Positions 56,279 through 64,000 of a stretch of DNA of 64,000 bases are shown piece after piece. This DNA comes from Octopus vulgaris (Eukaryota), in NCBI GenBank assembly GCA_951406725.2, contig OX597832.1, positions 54,932,001-54,996,000 of the forward strand, written 5' to 3'. Each line of letters begins with the position of its first letter. Positions within the stretch are counted from its first letter, which is position 1. The notes under the pieces are model-generated. The model worked only from the letters and a program-made list of their open reading frames with translations, had not been told where the DNA came from and searched no databases. Position numbers and translations under genes: made by a program.

Positions 56279-56542
56279 CCAGCCAGAGCAACCAAAATCT
56301 TCCTCAAAACACACCCTACTAAATTAAGATTTTAAAATCCTGTTAGTCATAATTTTCCGTTGTAAGTCCCCTCTTTAAATGTCTAGGACTAAATCGTCCA
56401 AGAATTTCTTTCTTCTTGTTTTATTAAGAAGGCAGGATGTGATTTGAGAGAGATTTTACTTCTATTTTTAGCAAATTGTGTGACTACCTAGAGTCGCACT
56501 CAATGGCGCGCTGTTCGTTAACGATGAAGTATTTGTTTACAA

Positions 56543-56872
56543 GTGAAGGCGCGTGGCTTAGTGGTTACGGTATTCGGCTCAGGGTCGTAATGTCGTGAGT
56601 TCACTTGCCGGCCACGCGTTGTGTCCTTGAGCAAGACACTTTATTTCACTTTGCTCCAGTCCACTCATCTAGGAAAACTGAGTTGTACCTGTTTTTTAAC
56701 AGAGCCGGCCTTAACGCAGTCTGTGTCACACTGAATCTCCTTTTGAGAACTACGTTAAGAGTACGCATGACTGCGGAGTACTCGGCCACTTGCTGGTTAA
56801 CTTCACGAGCATGTTGTTCCGATGATCGAATCGACTGAAACACTCGTCGTCGTAAACCGACGGAATCCCAGT
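56543..56872 (+). mobile_element. SINE (head H2 + tail T1)
   Basis: gtggcttagtggtta...tgtccttgagcaagacact CORE-like head; tail ...cgtcgtaaaccgacgga. Confidence 0.8.
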
Positions 56873-57029
56873 CGGAAATTTTTTAACTCTTCACATTTGT
56901 TTCTAGTAATACAACTTAATAAACAAAAACCAGCTAATTATGTCTTAGAAAGAAATAAGTCTGTACATGAAATGTCGCTATCGCTTCAGTGATAACGGCA
57001 TTTTACATTATGTGTGCCACGAAGGATTT

Positions 57030-57704
57030 GTGGTGGTGGTGGGTGGCGGAGGGGGGTGATGGTGGTGGTGGTGGTGGTGGTGGTGGTTTGGTGGTGTTGG
57101 TGGTACTGGTGCTGGTGGTGGTAGTGGTGGTGCTGATGCTGGTGCTGGTGGTGGTGGTACTGGTGGTGGTGGTACTGGTGGTGGTGGTGATGGTGGTGGT
57201 AGTGGTGGTGGTAGTGGTGGTAGTGGTGGTAGTGGTGGTGGTGGTGGTGCTGGTGGTGGTGCTGGTGGTGATGCTGGTGGTGCTGGTGCTGAAGATGTTA
57301 GTGATGGTAGTGGTGGTGTTGGTGGTGGTGGTGGTGGTAGTGGTGGTGGTGGTGCTGGTGATGCTGGTGCTGGTAGTGGTGTTGGTGATGGTGGTGGTGC
57401 TGGTGGTTGTGGTGCTGGTGGTCGTAGTGGTGGTGGTAGTGGTGGTGCTGGTGTTGGTGGTGGTGGTGGTGAAGGCTGTAGTGGGGGTGGTGGTGGTGGT
57501 TATTAGTAAGATCCTCAGCATCGAGGATACCATTAATTCATAAGTGTGTCAACAACAACGGGAACCCCCTTATCAGTCAGTTACCAATAAGACGCCAATG
57601 GCCAAATCGGATCACAAGATATTCCTGGTCACGATATATTCTTACACACAGCCACGGATGAATCAACAACAGATTAAGGACTTGAGCAGTAATAATAATA
57701 ATAG

Positions 57705-57789
<85 letters not shown>

Positions 57790-57840
57790 GATAATAATAA
57801 TAATAATAATAATTAATAATGATGATGATGATGATGATAA

Positions 57841-57871
<31 letters not shown>

Positions 57872-57922
57872 CATAATAATAATAATAATAATAATATAAT
57901 ATTAATAATAATAATAGTAATA

Positions 57923-57954
<32 letters not shown>

Positions 57955-58174
57955 AAATATGATAAATATGAAAATAATAATAGATTAAATAATAAAAAAA
58001 GAAAGAACAACAACAGCAGCAGCAGCAGCAAAAACAATGGCAATAAAAATAGAACTTATGATATAAAAAGAAAACACAAGCTAAAAAGGGAAAGGAATTA
58101 AGAGTCGTGTTCATGAGCAGCACCATCACCAGCAGCAGCAGCACCACCACCACCAGCAACAGCACCATCACCAC

Positions 58175-58230
<56 letters not shown>

Positions 58231-58304
58231 GTAGTAAGGGAGGGGTGTCATCGTAGATGTTCTAGTAGTAGTAGTGGTGGTGTGGTGGTGTGGTGGTGGT
58301 GGTA

Positions 58305-58385
<81 letters not shown>

Positions 58386-58429
58386 AGGAAGGGGGTGTCA
58401 TCGTAGATGTTCTAGTAGTGGTGGTGGTG

Positions 58430-58516
<87 letters not shown>

Positions 58517-58517
58517 A
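57030..58517. repeat. Compound triplet repeats (GGT)n,(AAT)n,(GAT)n,(CAG/CAC)n,(GTA)n
   Basis: Direct inspection. Confidence 0.95.
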
Positions 58518-58849
58518 GCATCGAGATCGGATTAGCATCTTTTCTGTTGGCTGTAACAGCGAAACTAAAAAGAATATATTCCAGAATAATATTCCGCAGA
58601 CACTGTTGGAGAGTAGAGGATCAATGTTGGTAAAGGAACGAACTAATCGGATTTCTTTAAACACAACACTACGCAACCGCCATTATAGATAAGAATGGCG
58701 GATTACTTCACCTGATATTTTACGCTGCTTTAAAATCAGCTTCTTGTCTTGTCCAACACCAAACGACATTTACGTTTCACGTACGAATACACCGACCATG
58801 TTAAAACCACGTACTTACACGCATGCGTTATATGTGTGAGCCTCTGTGT

Positions 58850-58910
<61 letters not shown>

Positions 58911-59027
58911 CCTAAGCACACTTGCATACATACATACATACATGTATGTCAGTATAATAATAAATATACATGTGTGTGCGTATGTGTATGTATGTACGTA
59001 TGGATAGAGAGACAGTCAAATAAATGA

Positions 59028-59080
<53 letters not shown>

Positions 59081-59150
59081 CAGACAGAAGACTGACCGAC
59101 AGATAGATACATCCATATATAGACAGACTGACAGACAGATAGAGAGAGAG

Positions 59151-59196
<46 letters not shown>

Positions 59197-59245
59197 AGCG
59201 AGAGGTAGAGAGACAGATAGACAGAAAGACTGATAGATAAATAGA

Positions 59246-59475
59246 AGGCGGCGAGCTGACAGAAACGTTAGCGCGCCGGGCGAAATGCGTAGCCGTATTT
59301 CGTCTACCGTTACGTTCTGAGTTCAAATTCCGCCGAGGTCGACTTTGCCTCTCATCCTTTCGGGTTCGATAAATTAAGTACCGGGTACGCAATGGGGTCG
59401 ATATAATCGACTTAATCCTGTCTGTCCTTGTTTGTCCCCTCTGTGTTTAGCTCTTTGTGGTCAATAAAGAAATAA
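59246..59475 (+). mobile_element. SINE family D
   Basis: Near-consensus copy. Confidence 0.9.
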
Positions 59476-59569
59476 GATAGATAGATAGATATGTAGATAG
59501 ATAGATAGATAGTAAGAATATGTTTATAAGCGTACGTGTGCGTCATTCCATATATATATATATATATAT

Positions 59570-59740
59570 TATATAAAATCCGTTATTCTGTCTGTCTGTC
59601 TGCCTGTGAGTCTTCTAGGATCTCGGACATCCTCCATCTGATTGCGCTCAAATTTGATAAGTAGATACCGACGGTATCAGGGCGTGTATAAGTCTTGAAA
59701 AAATTACAAAAATCGATTCCAGGTGAGAATGTGATCGATA
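59570..59740 (+). mobile_element. Helitron-like 5' fragment
   Basis: tatataaaat..ctgtctgtctg..ctccatctgattgcgctcaaatttga architecture as in the other Helitron-like copies. Confidence 0.5.
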
Positions 59741-60011
59741 AAGCCGTTTTTGTCCTGCTTTTCTTCCGTCAACCTGTACATAACTGCACCCTCCATTTTT
59801 TTTTGTTTTTGTACTGCTTAACGACACGTTTCTTTCCTGCCAAGCTTACTGTTTAAACCATGCTTGTGTTCTCCCAGTCAACAGCCTTATCATTACTGGT
59901 ACTTTAAACTCTTCGGTTGCGCATTTGTGTGAATAAAATCGTTTTTCTTTGGAATAGAGAAAAGTCTATCTTTATTTCTAATAAGCCTTTAATAATACTC
60001 TTTTACGTTAA

Positions 60012-60072
60012 CACACCACCATCGGTTGTCTAGCGATGTTTGCGGGACAAACACAGACACACAAACATAAAT

Positions 60073-60153
<81 letters not shown>

Positions 60154-60317
60154 TACGACGGGCTTCTTTCAGTTTCCGTCTACCAAATCCACTCACAAGG
60201 CTTTGGTCGGTGCGAGGCTATAGTAGAAGACACTTGCTCAAGGTGCCATGCAGTGGGACTGAACTCGGAACCATGTGAATGGTCAGCAAGCCACTAAACA
60301 CACACCCACTCCTGCAC
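60012..60317 (-). mobile_element. SINE family A, partial
   Basis: As other copies. Confidence 0.85.
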
Positions 60318-60320
60318 CTG

Positions 60321-60401
<81 letters not shown>

Positions 60402-60533
60402 AATAAATAAATAATTAAATAAATGCTGTCCAGGAATCGAAACCACAATCTTACGATCATGATGCTGACACCCTAACCACTAAGCCACGCGTATCCACAA
60501 TATTAATTATAACAACAACAACAACAATAATAT

Positions 60534-60564
<31 letters not shown>

Positions 60565-60689
60565 AAGAAGAAGAAGAATTAATTCGTTTATTGGCCACAA
60601 GGGCTAACAAAAATCAATTAAAACATAAAGGGACAAAGCACAGAACGAAAGTTACAAAGGGTTTTGTCCGTTTGCAAACAAGTCCAAGC

Positions 60690-60872
60690 AAAAAATTCTA
60701 CCTGGACACCTGATGAAGGCTGGGATCAAAATTTTACCTGGACACCTGATGAAGGCTGGAGAGTAAATCAGCCGAAACGTTGTGGTAACAATAAACAAGA
60801 TGAGGACACATGTCAGTCCAATGTAAATAATGTAAATAATGTACAGAATTCCTCATCTCTAAAATATAGAAC
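60690..60872 (+). mobile_element. Penelope-like fragment with HHR motif (60741-60784) and a partial upstream duplicate
   Basis: gacac CUGAUGA aggctg..cagcc GAAAC GUU gtg. Confidence 0.7.
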
Positions 60873-61498
60873 AGTGTGAATGTATGTACGTATGTGTTTA
60901 TATATCTATGTATGTATTTGTATGTGTCTATGGACAGTAGGAAAGCCACGTTCCCCCTCTCTCTTTTAGCTATGGATTCTTCACACCCACCTTCCTTTCC
61001 CTCGACGTTTTGAAAGTTCGTTATGTTTATGTGCATGAGTGTGTGTGTATGTGTGTGTGTGTGTGTGTGTATGTGTGTGTGTGTGTGTGCATATATCTAT
61101 ATATTTACGAAAATATGTATGCAGTGTTGCATTTATAGCCGTGAATGACAGTTGTGTTAATGTTACCATCCCACTACCACTCCATATTTAACGCTTGCAC
61201 AACGCTGCTCTCCCCTTCCTTGATATCAGTCACACTCACTGTGCAACCACATTTCCCTCACACTAACACTCTTTGCAACCTTCTCATTTTATCAAATAAT
61301 AGCCCAACACCCTAGGTGGCCCATTATAGATTTTTATTGAAATCCAGTTAACCTATTATTAAACTGAATGTTAGTTTAAGATGTATGTAACGTTTCGTCA
61401 AGATTGGTTCACTGGTGTAGGCAGCAAGATGGTAACAGATAGATCGACAGACAGAAATTACCATTTATGTATAAGATATATCTGTGTATGTAAGTATG

Positions 61499-61563
<65 letters not shown>

Positions 61564-62079
61564 GGGTCACTTTCAACAACGGGTCACTTTCGGGGCAAGT
61601 GACCATTCAACATACTACTGTCATGGCACTCCTGCATTCATCGTCGTCGTCTTCTTCTTCTTCATCTTCTTCTTCTTCTTCTTCTTCTTCTTCTTCTTCT
61701 TCTTCTTCTTCTTCTTCTTCTTCTTCTTCTTCTTCTTCTTCTTCTTCTTCTTCTTCTTCTGCTTCTTCTTCTTCATTTTCTTCTTATTCCCTACCAAGAA
61801 TTCGCAACGACCTCGAACCCACAAGAGTAAACAAGAGAGAGAGATACATGCAGAAACAAGGAAAATGCCACATGTATTTGAACACTATGCAAATATTCTT
61901 TTTAAAACTTTTCTTTTAATTTTTCCAAAATTTAATTGTTTTCCATATTTACAGTTGAAAAGTCTCAATGACTGAAACCGGCACTGAAATGCTTTTCACA
62001 AAATTATTTTAGCATTTTCTATCTTGACTTTTTTCCATATATATGTATATATATATGTATATATATATGTGTGTATATA

Positions 62080-62143
<64 letters not shown>

Positions 62144-62181
62144 ATAACAAAAAAAGATATTATTATATATATATATATATT

Positions 62182-62241
62182 ATGAAGGAGCTTCTACAGG
62201 ACTAGAACTGTTTCATTTAAATGAAATCATCAGGAAGCTTC

Positions 62242-62243
<2 letters not shown>
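62182..62243 (-). ncRNA. Possible minimal HHR motif in a (TA)n tract (weak stem II)
   Basis: gcttc CUGAUGA tttcatttaaat GAAA cag ttctagtc ctg UA gaagc. Confidence 0.4.
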
Positions 62244-62272
<29 letters not shown>

Positions 62273-62773
62273 CTTACATATGTTGATATATAAATATATT
62301 TATGCATGTAAATATGGATGGATATGTGCATATATATATATATATATGTATGTATGTATGCATGTATGTATGTATGTATGTATGCATGCATGTATGTATG
62401 TATGTATGCATGCATGCATGCATGTATGTATGTATGTATGTATGTATATATGAATGTATGTATGCATGCATGTATGTATGCATGTATGTTTGTATGTATG
62501 TATGTATGCATGTACACCAAAGTAACGCACTCGCGCAGAAACACACGCTCACATAAACACACACACGTACGCCACACACACATACATACACACACACACA
62601 CATACATACACTGTTACATACATATGGGAGTTTGGCCGGATATGCAATCAATTCACTTGTGCACATGCGTTGAAGACAAAAACAAATAAAATAAAATAAA
62701 ATCCCCCAAAACCCGGAAGTCCGAACAGAAACTAAATTGTCTTAATTACGCAGCGCATATACATATATATATA

Positions 62774-62846
<73 letters not shown>

Positions 62847-63348
62847 GTATGTATTTATGTATGTATGTATGTATGTATGTATGTATGTATGTATGTATGT
62901 ATGTATGTATGTATGTATGTATGTATGTACTTAAGTGTATATGTGTCTCTGTCTTGAGTAAGACTGTGTGATTGTGTACGAACATCTGCCGCAGTATTCC
63001 CTCTTGGCTTTCCTATGACACAATTTATTGCTAGTATCTTCCATTCGCTTCTCGTTGATGATCGCCGAGGAGGTTTGTCTGTATCTCCTTGCTAATATTA
63101 CATATGTAACTATATAACTGTATGACTATATGCAACTATGACACAGCGTTTCTTAAAGTTCATTCGCGCTCTCTTATTTCACATTCATTTCACATATCTT
63201 CCATGTTTATTGCTTCCTTTCTCTTATATTTTAATTTGCTGTCCTGGAGATTGCATTAATATTTATAAGATTCTTCGTTCATTATTCACAGATATCCGCT
63301 TGTCTTGTGATATTACATGTGTGCGCATGTGTGAGTGTATATGTGAGC

Positions 63349-63417
<69 letters not shown>

Positions 63418-64000
63418 CACACATACATACATATATACATATATCGTATATATATATATATATATAGATGAATATATGTATACAAATATATATATATATG
63501 TATGGATGTGTGTGCATATAGTCACAACAATATATGCGTGCGCATATATACACATATACGTAAATACATATTTGTACACATATAATTGAATTTATATGTG
63601 TACAAATATATATATATGTGTATTTATATATTTACATAGATATATTTGTGAATATATATATATTTATTAATTTATTTGTATATATATATGTGTGTTTGTG
63701 TGTATGCATGTATGTATGTATGTATGTATATACATATATATTCTTACGTGTATATACAGATGAATATATATATACACGCATGCATACATATATACCTACA
63801 TAGATACACAGATACATACAAATACGCAAACGTATATGTGTGTGTGTGTCTGTGTGCGTACGTATAACTGTGTGTTTGTCTATGTTCGTGTGCGTGCATG
63901 CGCGTTTAAATTTGCGTGTATATGCGCGCAGATATATATCCACGTGTGTGTGTGTATATATGTGTATGTATGTGTGTGTTATATAAACAACTGTCGTACG

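Overview
AT-rich, repeat-saturated eukaryotic DNA. The SINE families and extreme (AT/AC/ACAT/TAGA) microsatellite load look like an octopus (coleoid cephalopod) genome; this is an inference, not a database result. I find no recognisable host-gene exon, and essentially all ORF-track entries are microsatellite or SINE translations. The mobile elements are modular tRNA-derived SINEs, Tc1/mariner and pogo-like remnants and MITEs, Helitron-like elements, one RTE LINE fragment and Penelope-like pLTR fragments. About a dozen hammerhead-ribozyme (HHR) motifs occur, mostly in the Penelope-like fragments. The main observation concerns the non-repetitive islands between the repeats. They are complementary to one another over 3-31 kb in collinear, nested order, with G:U wobbles that work only on the + strand. 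They define a small domain (~1.7-5.4 kb) and two giant nested domains (~8.3-32.1 kb and ~32.3-63.3 kb), plus many strong local hairpins. This suggests a + strand giant intron or lncRNA folded into a window-scale hierarchical RNA structure. All pairings were found by eye; no folding energies or statistics were computed.
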